NCBI GenBank assembly: GCA_963755045.1 | Contig: CAVWIL010000006.1 | Location: forward strand, 74,664 to 138,663 | Source: Nitrospirota bacterium | Lineage (GTDB): Bacteria > Nitrospirota > UBA9217 | Direction of reading: 5' to 3' | Length of the DNA: 64,000 bases | Part shown: in pieces, positions 39,086 to 50,128 of the stretch | How positions within the stretch are numbered: the stretch's first letter is position 1 | Layout of the letters: every line of letters begins with the position of its first letter | Program-made: the position numbers and the translations under genes | The notes under the pieces: generated by a model | What the model was told of the DNA's origin: nothing | The model's input: the letters and a program-made list of their open reading frames with translations, nothing else | Database searches by the model: none

Positions 39086-39091
39086 GTCTTC

Positions 39092-39832
39092 ATGAATCTA
39101 ACACTTTACGTCTGGCGTCAGAAAGGCCCCGAGGACAAAGGCCGGCTCGTCGCAGTACGAGGCGAAGGACATCCTCTCCGACATGTCCTTCCTCGAGATG
39201 CTCGACACCGTGAACGAGGGCCTGGTCAAAAAGGGAGACGAGCCCATCGCCTTCGACAGCGACTGCCGTGAGGGCATCTGCGGCATGTGCGGCCAGGTCG
39301 TGAACGGCGTGCCGCACGGGCCGCGGAAAAAACCACGGTCTGCCAGCTTCATATGCGCCATTTCAAGGACGGCGACACCATCTACATCGAGCCCTTCCGC
39401 GCCCGGGCATTCCCGGTGATCAAGGACCTGATCGTGGACCGGGGCGCCTTTGACAAGATCATCCAGGCTGGAGGCTATATTTCGGTCCATACCGGCGGCG
39501 TGCCTGACGGCAACGCGATCCTGGTCCCCAAGCATGACGCCGACACTGCCATGGATGCGGCCGAGTGCATCGGCTGCGGGGCCTGCGTCGCCGCCTGCCC
39601 GAACGGCTCGGCCATGCTCTTCACCGCGGCGAAGGTGTCGCACCTCGCCATGCTGCCCCAGGGCCGGGTCGAGGCGGCCCGCCGCGTCTGCGTCATGACC
39701 GAGGAGATGCTTCATCAGGGCTTCGGCAATTGCGGCAACCACTACGAATGCGAGGCCGTCTGCCCCAAGGGCATCAAGGTCAAGTTCATCGCGAAGCTGA
39801 ACCGGGAGTTCATCAAGGCGCAAATGCCGTGA
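39092..39832 (+). CDS. sdhB: Succinate dehydrogenase/fumarate reductase iron-sulfur subunit, at least 2 frameshifts
   Basis: It reads [20 protein letters not shown].., [37 protein letters not shown] (2Fe-2S), ...[16 protein letters not shown] (4Fe-4S)...[15 protein letters not shown]...*. Confidence 0.85.
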
Positions 39833-39952
39833 ATCATGAAGGCCGATTAAACATTGCAAATATATCGGTTTCCATGATATTTATTTGAGTAGGACAACAA
39901 CCGTTGCATGAGCACGAAGTCATCTCATCACAATCACAATAAGGAGGGCACC

Positions 39953-41147
39953 ATGAAACGTCTGTCACTCGTAATCGCAGTACTGGTTCGTCAAGCTCTT
40001 CTTCGTCACCCGTTGTTGGCTGCCGACACCTTTGACCTCACCATTCCGCTTCCGCTCACCGGCAAACAGGCGAAGTTCGGCGAGATCATGAAGCGGTCCT
40101 ACGAAATGGCCGCCGAAGAGATCAATGCCAAGGGCGGGGTCAAGGGCAAGAAGCTCGCCCTTTCCTTCGAGGACTCCACGGGCAAGCCGGAGACGGCCCG
40201 CGCCATCGTGGAAAAGCTGATCGACGTGAAGAAGCAGCCCATCATCGTGGGCGAGTATACCTCGTCCTGCGCCAAGGCCGTTGCCGCTGTTGCCGAGGAG
40301 CGCAAGACCCCCTACCTCGTCGTGGCGAGCGCCGATGACGACATCACCCAGCAGAACTACAAATATGTCTTCCGCCAGAACCAGGTCAATGCCCACTATG
40401 CCGACGCATTCGTCTCTTTCCTCAAGAAGTGGTGAAGCCCAAGACCATCGCGATCCTGTACGAGAGCTCGGCCTTCGGCACCTCGGGCGCCGATGCCATG
40501 GAGAAGGACGCGCAAAGAGCTCGGCATCAAGGTCGTGCTGAAGGAGAAGTTCGAGACCGGCGCCATCGACTTCAAGCCGCTCCTGTCCAAGGTGAAGGCG
40601 GCGCAGCCTGATGTCGTTTACACCGTCTCCTACGCGAACGAGGCCCAGCTCATCATGAAGCAGATCAAGGAAATCCGCATGGACGCCAAGCTCTATTGCC
40701 GGCGGCGCGGCCGGGTTCGCCATCCCCGAGTTCATCAAGGGCGCCCAGGATGCGGCCGAGTACGTGGTCAGCGCCACGCTCTGGACGCCCCAGGTCAAGT
40801 ATCCCGGCGCAAAGGAGTTCGCCGAAAAGTACAAGGCCAAATACGGAGACTATCCCTCCTATCACGGCGCCTCGGCCTATGCGGCGCATCTACGTGACCG
40901 CGGACGCCCTCGAGCGGGCAAAGGACTGGACCCAGGACGGCATCCGCGACGCGCTCAAGGCCACGAACATCAAGACCGCCTTCGGCCCCGGTCAAGTTCG
41001 AGGACAAGGAAGGCTACCAGAACCAGAACTTCCACGGAGACCCTCGCCATCCAGGTGCAGAAGGGCGAGTTCGAGACCGATCTGGCCCAAGAGCACGCAA
41101 GCAAGCCCTATGTCTTCCCGGTCCCGGCGTGGAAGGAGCGGAGATAG
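39953..41147 (+). CDS. livK: Branched-chain amino acid ABC transporter substrate-binding protein (LivK/LivJ family), multiple frameshifts
   Basis: The AAGGAGG RBS is followed by MKRLSLVIAVLV.... The domain fragments are IPLPLTGKQAKFGEIMKRSYEMAAEEINAKGGVKGKKLALSFEDSTGKPE, IIVGEYTSSCAKAVA, KPKTIAILYESSAFG, and ...QKGEFETDLAQEHASKPYVFPVPAWKERR*. Confidence 0.8.
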
Positions 41148-41150
41148 ATT

Positions 41151-41246
41151 CAATTGCGGATTTCGGATTGCGGATTGCGGAATGAAGCTGCAAGACAGCA
41201 GTAGTCCAGTTCTGCTCCGCACTCCGAATTCCGCACTCCGCAACTG
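41151..41246. repeat. Word hairpin (GCGGATT/AATCCGC words) in the livK-livH spacer
   Basis: CAATTGCGGATTTCGGATTGCGGATTGCGGAATG (41151-41184) is complementary in register to CTCCGCACTCCGAATTCCGCACTCCGCAACTG (41215-41246). Confidence 0.7.
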
Positions 41247-41261
41247 TATTTGAAGGTTTCC

Positions 41262-42197
41262 ATGACCGCTGTCCAGACTGAAGTCCTGCTCCAGACGCTC
41301 ATATCCGGCATTCTGCTCGGCGGGCTCTACGCCCTGATCGGCATCGGCATGACCATCATCATGGGCGTCATGAAGATCATCAACCTCGCCCACGGCGAGC
41401 TCATGATGGTGGGCATGTACATCGCCTATGTCCTGTTCTCGCTATTTCCACATCGACCCCTATCTGTCGATCTTCATCGCCGCGCCGGCCCTGTTCCTGC
41501 TCGGCATCGGGACTCCAGAAGTATCTGATCAATCCCGGTGCTCAAGGTGGACTCCATCCTGCCCGAGAACCAGGTGATCCTCACGGTCGGCATCGGCATG
41601 GTGCTGGCGAACCTCGCGACGATCATCTTCAAGTCCGATTACCGCCAGACGCCCGTGTCCTACGGCACCAAGGCCTGGTACCTCGCCGACCTCTGGAAGA
41701 ACGCGCCCATCGAGCTGTCGCTCTCCGTTGCCCTGGAGCGTCTCCTTCGTCGTCTGCCGTGGCGATCACCGCGGGTCTCTGGTTCTTCCTGACCAAAACG
41801 GACACGGGCAAGTCCATCCGCGCCACGGCCCAGGACAAGGATGCGGCGCTGCTCATGGGCGTGAACGTGGGACGGATGCGGGTGATCACCTTCGGGCTCG
41901 GGCTCGGCCCTCGTGGGCGCGGCCGGCTGCCTCTTCATCCCGATCTATTACATTTATCCCGACATCGGCGGGCAGTTCACGCTGATCGCCTTCGTCATCA
42001 CCATCCTGGGCGGCCTCGGCTCCACCGTGGGGGCGATCATCGGCGGCCTGATCCTCGGTCTCTTCGAATCCCTCACCGCCACCTACATCGGCATGGGCTG
42101 GGCGCCGGTGGGACGGTTCGTCATCTTCGTCGCCGTGCTGATCTTCATTCCCGGCGGCGTGGCATCGCTGCTCAAGAGCAGAAAGTTCGGGAAATAA
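41262..42197 (+). CDS. livH: Branched-chain amino acid ABC transporter permease LivH, frameshifted
   Basis: It reads [51 protein letters not shown]..., ...[14 protein letters not shown]..., and a C-terminal ...[40 protein letters not shown]...*. Confidence 0.8.
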
Positions 42198-42302
42198 CGA
42201 TCAACAGTCTTGACACTGATTTAAACTGAGTTCTATGATGAAAGTAAGCACGTGCATCGCCTCTATCATACAAATCGGCCTTATCTGTGTCCAAGGTTTT
42301 TC

Positions 42303-43252
42303 ATGAAAAAATTTTTCCTTCATAGCGCTGGTGCTGCTGGCCCTCCTTCCCCTCCTGGGCCTGAACAGCTATCTGATGCACATCCTGATCCTGGTCATCA
42401 TGTGGTCCGTGATCGGCATGGCCTGGAACCTCCTGTCGGCGGCTACTGCGGCCAGGTCTCCTTCGGCCATGCCGCCTTTTTCGGCGTCGGGGCCTACACC
42501 GCCGGGATGCTCTACAGCAAGCTCGGCATCTCGGGCTGGTGGGGCCTGCCCGCGAGCATCATCGTCGGTCACTCGTCTTCGCGCTGGTCATCGGCTACAT
42601 CTGCCTGCGGCTGCGCGGCCCCTACTTCGCCCTGGCCACGCTGGCCATGGGCGTCATCCTCCGGATCGTGGCGGAGAACCTCGCGGGCTTCACCGGCGGA
42701 GATCTGGGCATCATGATCCGCGAACGAACCTGGGTCGAGAAAACCTGGTACTACTACATCATCCTGGCCATCGCCGCCGTGACCTATCTTGCTCGTCAAG
42801 AAGGTCATCGATTCCAAGCTCGGCTACTACTTCGTGGCCATCCGCGAGGACCAGGACGCGGCGGAATCCCTCGGCATCAACACCACCCTGTACAAGACCA
42901 TTGCGCTCGTGCCTGAGCGCCGTGCTCACCGGCTTCGCCGGCGCCTTTTACACGAACTACATGGGCTACATCGATCCCAAGGTCGTCTTCGCGCTCCACG
43001 ACATATCCATCGTCACGATCATGGTCGTCATGGTCGGCGGCGTGGCGACCTTCTGGGGGCCGATCGTGGGCGCGGTCATCATGGTGCTCCTGGCGGAGCT
43101 GATCCGGTCCATCCCGATGCTCGGCACGGCGCACCAGACGTTCTTCGGCATCCTGCTGATCGTGATCATCATCTTCCTGCCCAACGGCATCGTGGGCGAC
43201 TTTCCGAAACTGAAGAAACTGGTCGGTCTCGGCACGAGGAGGCCCGTCATGA
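42303..43252 (+). CDS. livM: Branched-chain amino acid ABC transporter permease LivM, frameshifted
   Basis: It reads MKKFF.., ...GYCGQVSFGHAAFFGVGAYTAGMLYSKLG..., LRLRGPYFALATLAMGVILRIV..., YFVAIREDQDAAESLGINTTLYK.., and ...GGVATFWGPIVGAVIMVLLAELIR.... The stop overlaps the livG ATG (ATGA at 43249-43252). Confidence 0.8.
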
Positions 43253-43977
43253 GCCTCCTCGAGGTCAAAAAGGTCTCCCGGTTCTTCGGCGGCATCGCCG
43301 CGATCAAGGACGTTTCCTTCAGCGTCGCGGAAGGGCGAGATCCTCGGGCTCATCGGTCCGAACGGCGCCGGCAAGACAACGCTGTTCAACGTCGTGAACG
43401 GATTCTATCGTCCCTCGCGCGGCGAGGTGTTTTTCAAGGGCGAGACGATCTCCGGCCTGCAAGCCGCACCAGATCTGCAAACGCGGCATGGCCAGGACCT
43501 TCCAGGTCGTGAAGCCGCTCCAGCGCATGACCGTGCTCGACAACGTCATCGCGTCGGCATTTCTTCGTGCGAAGGACAAGACGCGAGGCCGAGGAGATCG
43601 CGCGCGGAGATCCTCGAGTTCACCGGCCTGTATGACGACCGGGACGTGATATCGAAGGGCCTGCCGCTCGGGAAGCGCAAAGCGGCTCGAGATCGCCCGG
43701 GCGCTGGCAACGCAGCCCGACGATCCTGCTCCTTGACGAATCCTTCGCCGGCCTGAACCCGTCGGAGCTGGACGAGTCCATCGGCATCATCCGCAAGATC
43801 AAGGAACGGGGCATCACGATCATGATCATCGAGCACCACATGAAGGTGATCATGTCCATATCCGACCGGATCGTGGTCCTGAACTACGGGGAGAAGATCG
43901 CCGAGGGCACCCCGCTGGAGATCCGGAACAATCCCCTGGTCATCGAGGCGTATCTGGGAGAGGCGCAGAGTGCTTGA
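43249..43977 (+). CDS. livG: Branched-chain amino acid ABC transporter ATP-binding protein LivG, frameshifted
   Basis: It reads MSLLEVKKVSRFFGGIAAIKDVSF.., GLIGPNGAGKTTLFN (Walker A), ...LLLDESFAGLNP (Walker B)...ITIMIIEHHMKVIMSISDRIVVLNYGEKIAEGTPLEIRNNPLVIEAYLG...*. Confidence 0.8.
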
Positions 43978-44675
43978 GGTCCGGAACATAGACGTATTCT
44001 ACGGCGACGTCCAGGTGCTCTGGGACGTTTCCTTTGAGGTGAAACAGGGCGAGGTCGTCGCGCTCATCGGCGCGAACGGCGCGGGCAAATCGACGACCCT
44101 CAAGACCATCTCCGGGCTTCTCCGGCCCCGCAAGGGCGGGATGATCGTTCAACGACACACCGATCCACACCGTCGAGCCATTCAGGCTCATCGAGCTGGG
44201 CATCGCCCACTGCCCCGAGGCGCGGCGGCTCTTTGTCGAGATGACCGTCGAGGAGAACCTCGACATGGGCTCGCTCCGGGGCGAGGCGAGGCAGCAGCGC
44301 GAGAAGACCAAGGAGATGGTATTCGGCCTCTTTCCCCGGCTCAGGGAGCGCAGAAGACAGCCTGCCGGGACGCTGTCCGGCGGCGAGCAGCAGATGGTGG
44401 CGATCGGCAGAGGGCTGATGGCGATGCCGAAGCTCATCATGTTCGATGAGCCATCGCTGGGGCTGGCGCCGATCCTGGTGCGGGAGATCTTCGACGTCAT
44501 CAAAAAGATCCGGGAGCAAGGGACCACGGTCCTGATCGTGGAGCAGAATGTGAAGCAGACCCTGGCGATCGCCGACCGCGCCTATGTGCTGGAAAGCGGC
44601 AGGGTGGTGATGCAGGGAACCGGTGCGGCCTTGCTGAACGATGAACATGTAAAGACGGCGTATCTGGGTGTATAG
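43970..44675 (+). CDS. livF: Branched-chain amino acid ABC transporter ATP-binding protein LivF, one frameshift
   Basis: The start is GTG: MLEVRNIDVFYGDVQVLWDVSFEVKQGEVVALIGANGAGKSTTLKTISGLL. This is followed by ...LSGGEQQMVAIGRGLMAMPKLIMFDEPSLGLAP...VEQN...AYLGV*. The shift is near 44140. Confidence 0.85.
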
Positions 44676-44700
44676 CCGGACACATGGCGCCCGGAAAGCT

Positions 44701-44806
44701 CAAGCACCAAATGACAAATCTCAAATAAACTCCAAACTCCCATCACCCAATTGAAACTTTGGTCATTGGATATTATTTGGGTTTAAGATTTCGGATTTGA
44801 AATTTG
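44701..44806. repeat. Word hairpin (CACCAAAT / ATTTGG words) downstream of livF
   Basis: The C/A-rich arm CAAGCACCAAATGACAAATCTCAAATAAACTCCAAACTCCCATCACCCAATTGAAAC opposes the G/T-rich arm TTTGGTCATTGGATATTATTTGGGTTTAAGATTTCGGATTTGAAATTTG. Confidence 0.65.
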
Positions 44807-44825
44807 TATTACCCCGGAGGTAGCC

Positions 44826-45467
44826 ATGTACGTTTCCGACTGGATGACGAAAAAGGTCTTTACCGTAGAGCCCGACGATTATCTCTCCATGCTTTATCGG
44901 TGATGAAGGAAAAGGGCGTCAAGCACCTCCTGTTGTCAAGGGCAGCAGCTGAAAGGCATCGTCTCGGACCGGGACATCAAGGAGTACAGCCCTTCAAAGG
45001 CCACATCCCTCGACATCTACGAACTCCACTATCTCCTGGCAAATACCAGGATCAAGGAGATCATGAGTACAAAGGTCGTAACCACTACCTCCGAAACACC
45101 CGTCGAAGAAGCCGCCATGATCATGCTGGACCAGAATATCGGCTGCCTCCCGGTGCAGGATAACGGGAACCTCGTCGGCATCATTTCCGACAAGGACATC
45201 TTTCACGCCCTGGTGGATATCACCGGGGTCAGACATGGCGGCAACCGGGTCTGCGTGACGATCGAGGACAGGCCGGGCTCCATAAGGGAAGTTGCAGACA
45301 TCATCCGAGAATACGGCTTCCACCTCCAGGGGATACTCACCTCCTACGAGGGAGTGAAGGACGGTTATCGAAAGGTGGTCATCAGAACAAGTGGTAAGGG
45401 AGATTTCACCGGTCTCAAATCGAAGATCGAGGGTGCTTTCAAGACCTGCCAGATCAGCAAGGGATAG
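44826..45467 (+). CDS. CBS-pair plus ACT-like domain protein (AcuB-like), frameshifted
   Basis: It reads MYVSDWMTKKVFTVEPDDYLS.., ...VKHLPVVKGQQLKGIVSDRDIKEY.. (shifted), then ORF 45063-45467: MSTKVVTTTSETPVEEAAMIMLDQNIGCLPVQDNGNLVGIISDKDIFHALVDITG...CVTIEDRPGSIREVADIIREYGF. Confidence 0.7.
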
Positions 45468-45587
45468 CAGCGAGAAGGTCATCAGCACCGGCTTATGCCC
45501 GTTCAGGCAAGATGTACGGGCAGGTATCGATCAAAACAACGCTAGGAGGAGGTTATAACGCTGGATTTCTTCCTTATCGGAGAAGGG

Positions 45588-45833
45588 GTGCAGCTTGCGA
45601 AAAAAGGGGTGGCCAAAACCATATCAATGGAGCTGGAAGGCAAGCAGGTCAATGTGGGTGAACTGCTGGAAATGATCAGTGAGTTTGGGGTGAAATTTTA
45701 CGTCTGCCACGCATTCATGCCGGACTTTGGTGTTACAAAAGAAGATCTTATCGAAAATGCAGAAGTAAAGTCGAGTTCATATCTCGGCGAACTGCTCCTG
45801 CATGGCTACATCCCTTTTTCGCTTGCCATGTAA
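45588..45833 (+). pseudogene. DsrE/DrsE-family protein, apparently N-terminally truncated
   Basis: The C-terminal two-thirds is present (…LDFFLIGEGVQLAKKG...ELLEMISEFGVKFYVCHAFMPDFGVTKEDLIENAEV...). The in-frame upstream sequence hits TAG after 14 codons with no ATG/GTG/TTG. About 35-40 N-terminal residues of the family are missing. Confidence 0.45.
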
Positions 45834-45950
45834 TAATCGAAAGCTCCCTCAAGGCTTTTTCTGATGCGTCTTTTTCCTGCATGGAAGGATCGTCCGGATC
45901 AGCTGTAATACGTGATGTTGCTCTCCATTATAACAACCTGCTCTATATGT

Positions 45951-45990
45951 AAAAAAGCCGGGAATCACAATCCCGGCTTTTATCTTTTTT
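45951..45990. terminator. Bidirectional rho-independent terminator between the DsrE-like gene and fbp
   Basis: Stem GCCGGGA (45957-45963) pairs with TCCCGGC (45971-45977). An A6 run lies upstream and T-runs downstream. Confidence 0.65.
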
Positions 45991-46019
45991 GCGTCCTCTC
46001 CGGCTAGAACATTGCCTCT

Positions 46020-47135
46020 TCACGCCGCTTTCTTCACGCTCCGTACGACGAACCTCTTTTCTAGGACTGCAAGCTTTTCCATGATCCCCGTGTACTCAAG
46101 CTCGTTCATGGGCAGCATGGCCGCTCCGAAGAACCCCTGCCTTCTCATATCCATGGCCTTGTCCGCCACATGGTCCCTCACCCGGTCCCAAAAAGGATGG
46201 TCAAAGGCATCGATGGTTTCGGTGAGTTTGCCGTCGCGCGTGCAAAACGTCGCACAGCTCACGATCGGCGGACCATCGAAGTAACTGATCGTCGTGTTCA
46301 GCTTCACCGGCATTATCGGCATGTTGTGGGACCCGCGCATACAGCCCGCCACAAAATGACCGACCGCAAAAGGCTGCAGCACTTCACCGGTAGCGGGAAA
46401 ATCCATCTGGGTCCGGACCAGCATCACCGGGTCGTCCTTGCCCGTGTACTTTCCGGCGATGTTGTGCAGCCGGGATGTTGCCACGGAAACAGCCTGTGTT
46501 CCCGCAGCGCGTGACCAGATCGACTCCACCACATAGCGCTCCGGGTCGCGAAGCAGTGTTGCGATGTCATAGAGATCTTCGGGCGCGTTCAGCTCGATGA
46601 CCGAGTCGCCTTCGGTATGGTTCACGTCCATGATCACGAACTTGAAGCCCTTTGCCAGCTTGGGTGAAAGCATCAGCCCCGGTGTGTTCATGGCATCTGC
46701 GAACGCGAGATAGAGCGGGAAGTTGTATGCGCCGGGATCGGTCTTGTCAGCCGCGAAGAACATGAACGGTTCGCCTGGTCGCTCCTCGAACTCCATCTCA
46801 GTCACCGCCGGCCCCATGCCGTGAACATTCCCGGAAAAGGCGTCCTTCAGCAGGTCCTGACCGGCGCCGTAGAGACCTTGTGATTTCGCTACCACGGTCC
46901 CGGCTACGAAGGCGTCCCAGGCAAGCTTATGGACCTGCTCGTTCCCCTCGCCCAGTCTATGCGTCATGAGGATCGCCACGTCATCGCCGGTGAAGCTCAC
47001 ATAGTTATCGATCAGAAATCCCTTCCCTTTTTCCTGCACGTGTTTTTTCACCGTATCAAGAAGCTTTGCCGACGGCGCGATGTGACCTCCAACGGAACCG
47101 ATATCAGCTTTGATGACACTTACCGTGATCTTCAT
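46020..47135 (-). CDS. fbp: Fructose-1,6-bisphosphate aldolase/phosphatase (class V FBPase, bifunctional)
   Basis: This is an intact 371-aa ORF. MKITVSVIKADIGSVGGHIAPS...LLKDAFSGNVHGMGPAV...FFAADKTDPGAYNFPLY... are the characteristic motifs of the archaeal-type FBPA/P. Confidence 0.85.
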   Translation of the reverse strand: MKITVSVIKADIGSVGGHIAPSAKLLDTVKKHVQEKGKGFLIDNYVSFTGDDVAILMTHRLGEGNEQVHKLAWDAFVAGTVVAKSQGLYGAGQDLLKDAFSGNVHGMGPAVTEMEFEERPGEPFMFFAADKTDPGAYNFPLYLAFADAMNTPGLMLSPKLAKGFKFVIMDVNHTEGDSVIELNAPEDLYDIATLLRDPERYVVESIWSRAAGTQAVSVATSRLHNIAGKYTGKDDPVMLVRTQMDFPATGEVLQPFAVGHFVAGCMRGSHNMPIMPVKLNTTISYFDGPPIVSCATFCTRDGKLTETIDAFDHPFWDRVRDHVADKAMDMRRQGFFGAAMLPMNELEYTGIMEKLAVLEKRFVVRSVKKAA

Positions 47136-47603
47136 AGCAGACCTCCTTCCCAGATGGGTTATAGGGTAAAAATATTATACACAGATGCACAGAGAGAACA
47201 GAGACATTACGATTTTTCAAAATAGCATATGCGTTCTGTGTTCCTTCCCCCTCAGAATCCGTCATCCCCGGGTGTCCCGAGCCTGCCGCCTGTAGTGAGC
47301 GACTCGACTGAGCTCGCCGAAGTCTTGTCGAACCTGTCGAAGGATCGGGATAAGGTGTTGATCTCTCTGAAAAAAACTGATTCCCGCCGGCCTGGAGCGT
47401 GCCGGGGAGGCTTATCCGCCCTCGCACATGGCATGCCTTTGAAGAAAACTCCTCTCCGGATCAGTTTAACAGGACAGACAATACTCAGAATAATATTTTA
47501 TCACAAAGAAATGGAATTATCGGGCGGGACAAAGTTTTGGCATGAGGTGTCAACAAAATTGGGCGCAGGCTAAATAAAGTAGGGACAGTTTAAACAAAAT
47601 AAT

Positions 47604-49343
47604 TTACTCAATATCAAATGACCGCGTTGTTTCAGCAACCTTCCAGAGGACCTCGAAATTGCAGATGATGACGTCCGGTTCGCCTGCCTTGTCCTTCATG
47701 ATTTCACCCTGGGAGTCTATCGCGATAAGCAGGTCGTTGGGTTTTAAGAGCGACCCGTCATATCCGGCACCGCGCAGCCGCACCTTGAACTTTTCGAGCA
47801 ACAGACCGCATTGCGTGTCGTTCATGATTTTTTTTCGAACCGCCTTGACCAGGTCCACGGGTGTGAGCAACGTACCCTCGTGCTTCGACACCCATTCATC
47901 CGGGCCGTTGTAGTAGCCGCGGATCGTTATATAGTTGTGGTCCTCCGACAGGATTGGTTTGCCGTCGCTGTCCAGGATCGTTTTGTGGGACTCATACTTC
48001 CGGCGGTCGATAGACGGCTCCTCCTTTGCGCTGCCGGTCATGTAGATCGCCCGCACGTAAGCCGCATGGATGCCCTGCTCATTGAGCGCCTGGGAGATGG
48101 CGAACTCCTCAAAAGGGCTGTTGATTCCGTAGAGCCTGATCTTCTCGATCTCGTCGGCGCTGAACTTTTTGTCATCCGGGATCTCGCCGACACGGGACGT
48201 TTCCCAGACAAGATGGATGTTGTCCTTCGTGACCGTGTAATACACTTCGTTGGCTTCGGACAGGCTCAGCGACGGGGTCTTCCGCCATCGCTCCGGCAGA
48301 AAATAATCGAACAGACGCGAATTCCTGCCGACGACCCACATGCGGCCGCCGGTGCTTTCAGCACGGCCGAAGATATATGGTACACCGAAGATCTCCGTGC
48401 GGGTCAGATGCGACGGAAGCGGGATCGGATTGAACCGGTCCCGCATGTCGTCGAGATATGAGTGCCTCCTCGATGCCTTGACCTGATCCTCGTGCTCGGG
48501 TGTGCGGAACAGCAGCTCGTAATCGATGACCGAGTATTTCCCGACATTCAGCAGGTGATAGACCATGTCCACCTGCTGCGTTGCACCGGCGTCCCCGTTT
48601 CCGCCCGCCTGCACGATACGCTTGCAGTCGTCCTCATCGAGGATCACATGCTCCGGCTTCATGTCCGCCATGTGATACCCTTTTTTGCTCAGATCGACGA
48701 ACGCTTTTTTCTGCATGGTCTTCAGGTGATGAACAACATCAGGGAACTCGAGCTTGAAATGCGCAAATGTCTCAATCAGGTTTTTGCCCCGGATCCATTC
48801 ATAGACCAGCTTGTACTGTTTCAGGATGTCGATGTCAATGCCCGGATGACGCGCGTGGATGCGGTTGATCCTGGAGCGGGACCGTCCGCTCTGCCACAAC
48901 TGCATTCGCTGCGGCGGGACATAGATCGCGAGGGGCCGCTGCACCTTGATCCATTCGAGCCGCTGGCCGATCTGCTTGTCACCCATCTCCATGACCAGGG
49001 CAAACTCCTCCCAGGGGCTGTTGAACTCGGCGCTCACGAACTCTTCGAGCGTATGGGTGTTTATGGGGACGTCTTCTCCCACGCGGCAGTTCTTCACGAC
49101 CAGGTCCAGACTTGTGCCATTAACGCGCCGTGTGGGGACCCGGAACACGGAACTCGTCCCGAGCAGCCGGACACGGTGTTTCGTGAACCATCCTTCCTCG
49201 AACCAATTCTTGATTTCGAGATGCTCCTGGTGCGGCTCGGCAAACCGGGTGAGATAGAGATCTCCCCCGTCCTCGGTTTTCGTATGAAGGTATACGACGC
49301 CGAGCACGTTTACCAGGGCTTTCTGTTGGGCGGTCTTTTTCAT
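47604..49343 (-). CDS. Uncharacterised 579-aa protein with an internal duplication of a protein-kinase-like (Kdo/RIO/ePK-like) fold
   Basis: The ORF is intact. Half 1 has VVKNCRVGE, NSPWEEFALVMEMG, GYHMADMKPEHVIL and VIDYE. Half 2 has LVWETSRVGE, NSPFEEFAISQALNEQG, GYDGSLLKPNDLLI and ICNFE. No other domain is recognisable. Confidence 0.6.
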   Translation of the reverse strand: MKKTAQQKALVNVLGVVYLHTKTEDGGDLYLTRFAEPHQEHLEIKNWFEEGWFTKHRVRLLGTSSVFRVPTRRVNGTSLDLVVKNCRVGEDVPINTHTLEEFVSAEFNSPWEEFALVMEMGDKQIGQRLEWIKVQRPLAIYVPPQRMQLWQSGRSRSRINRIHARHPGIDIDILKQYKLVYEWIRGKNLIETFAHFKLEFPDVVHHLKTMQKKAFVDLSKKGYHMADMKPEHVILDEDDCKRIVQAGGNGDAGATQQVDMVYHLLNVGKYSVIDYELLFRTPEHEDQVKASRRHSYLDDMRDRFNPIPLPSHLTRTEIFGVPYIFGRAESTGGRMWVVGRNSRLFDYFLPERWRKTPSLSLSEANEVYYTVTKDNIHLVWETSRVGEIPDDKKFSADEIEKIRLYGINSPFEEFAISQALNEQGIHAAYVRAIYMTGSAKEEPSIDRRKYESHKTILDSDGKPILSEDHNYITIRGYYNGPDEWVSKHEGTLLTPVDLVKAVRKKIMNDTQCGLLLEKFKVRLRGAGYDGSLLKPNDLLIAIDSQGEIMKDKAGEPDVIICNFEVLWKVAETTRSFDIE

Positions 49344-49514
49344 ATCGAATGTTTATAGTAAACCATGCCGCTTATAGAAGCAAGTCGGGACAGGATAAAA
49401 CTTTCTTGGTTGAACGTTGTGGCTAACCGGCGCGCGAAAGGAGGCGAAGCCGACTGAAGCGCGTCCGGATGAGCCGCGTGTTAGGCCCGACCGTGTTAGA
49501 TGTCGGGCCTGAGC

Positions 49515-49859
49515 TTACTCGTGCCTGACTATATCGACCGAGATCTCCACTGCCGGAATCGTTCCTCTGTTCTCAAGCCAGTGCGTGGTGTTCCTATCCT
49601 CGGGCCAGCCCACTCCCGGCCCATAGTCCGTAGCGACTCCATTTCGATGGTCAGTGATCGTTCCTTGCAGTATGTAGACGGTGCCTGGTCTGTCTTTATG
49701 GTCGTGAATCGGGCCGAAGACGCCTCCAGGCTCGATGGTCACCATACGCATTCGAAGTTGGCGCCCTGCCATACCCTCGATCTCAGGGCCAAGGTCAACC
49801 GTTGCAAGTAACTTCACCGTAACACCTTTCGTCTCAGGTGCCACCTGTTCGTTGCTCAT
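49515..49859 (-). CDS. Cupin-domain protein
   Basis: This is a 114-aa ORF. MVTIEPGGVFGPIHDHKDRPGTVYILQGTITDH...THWLENRG contains the cupin motifs G(X)5HxH and the second His motif. Confidence 0.7.
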   Translation of the reverse strand: MSNEQVAPETKGVTVKLLATVDLGPEIEGMAGRQLRMRMVTIEPGGVFGPIHDHKDRPGTVYILQGTITDHRNGVATDYGPGVGWPEDRNTTHWLENRGTIPAVEISVDIVRHE

Positions 49860-50128
49860 CGAGCTCTCCTCTCTGTACTTCCAGGGCCTAACCAGTTGTT
49901 ATTGAACGGAAACCGTCCGTAAAACCGAAAGTCCGATATTAGTGGGATGGATCCCCGAGACAATATCACAGTGAACACAACTCGTGGCAGCATTATGAAT
50001 ATATTCGTTGACTGCTTAATTGTCAAAGGGTTTTAATACTATTGCAAGGTAAGAAAATGCCCTCTTCCCGAGAAGGGAGAGGGCATGACAATATTTCCCG
50101 ACTGAGTGGTGAGGGAGAAATTACGGTT

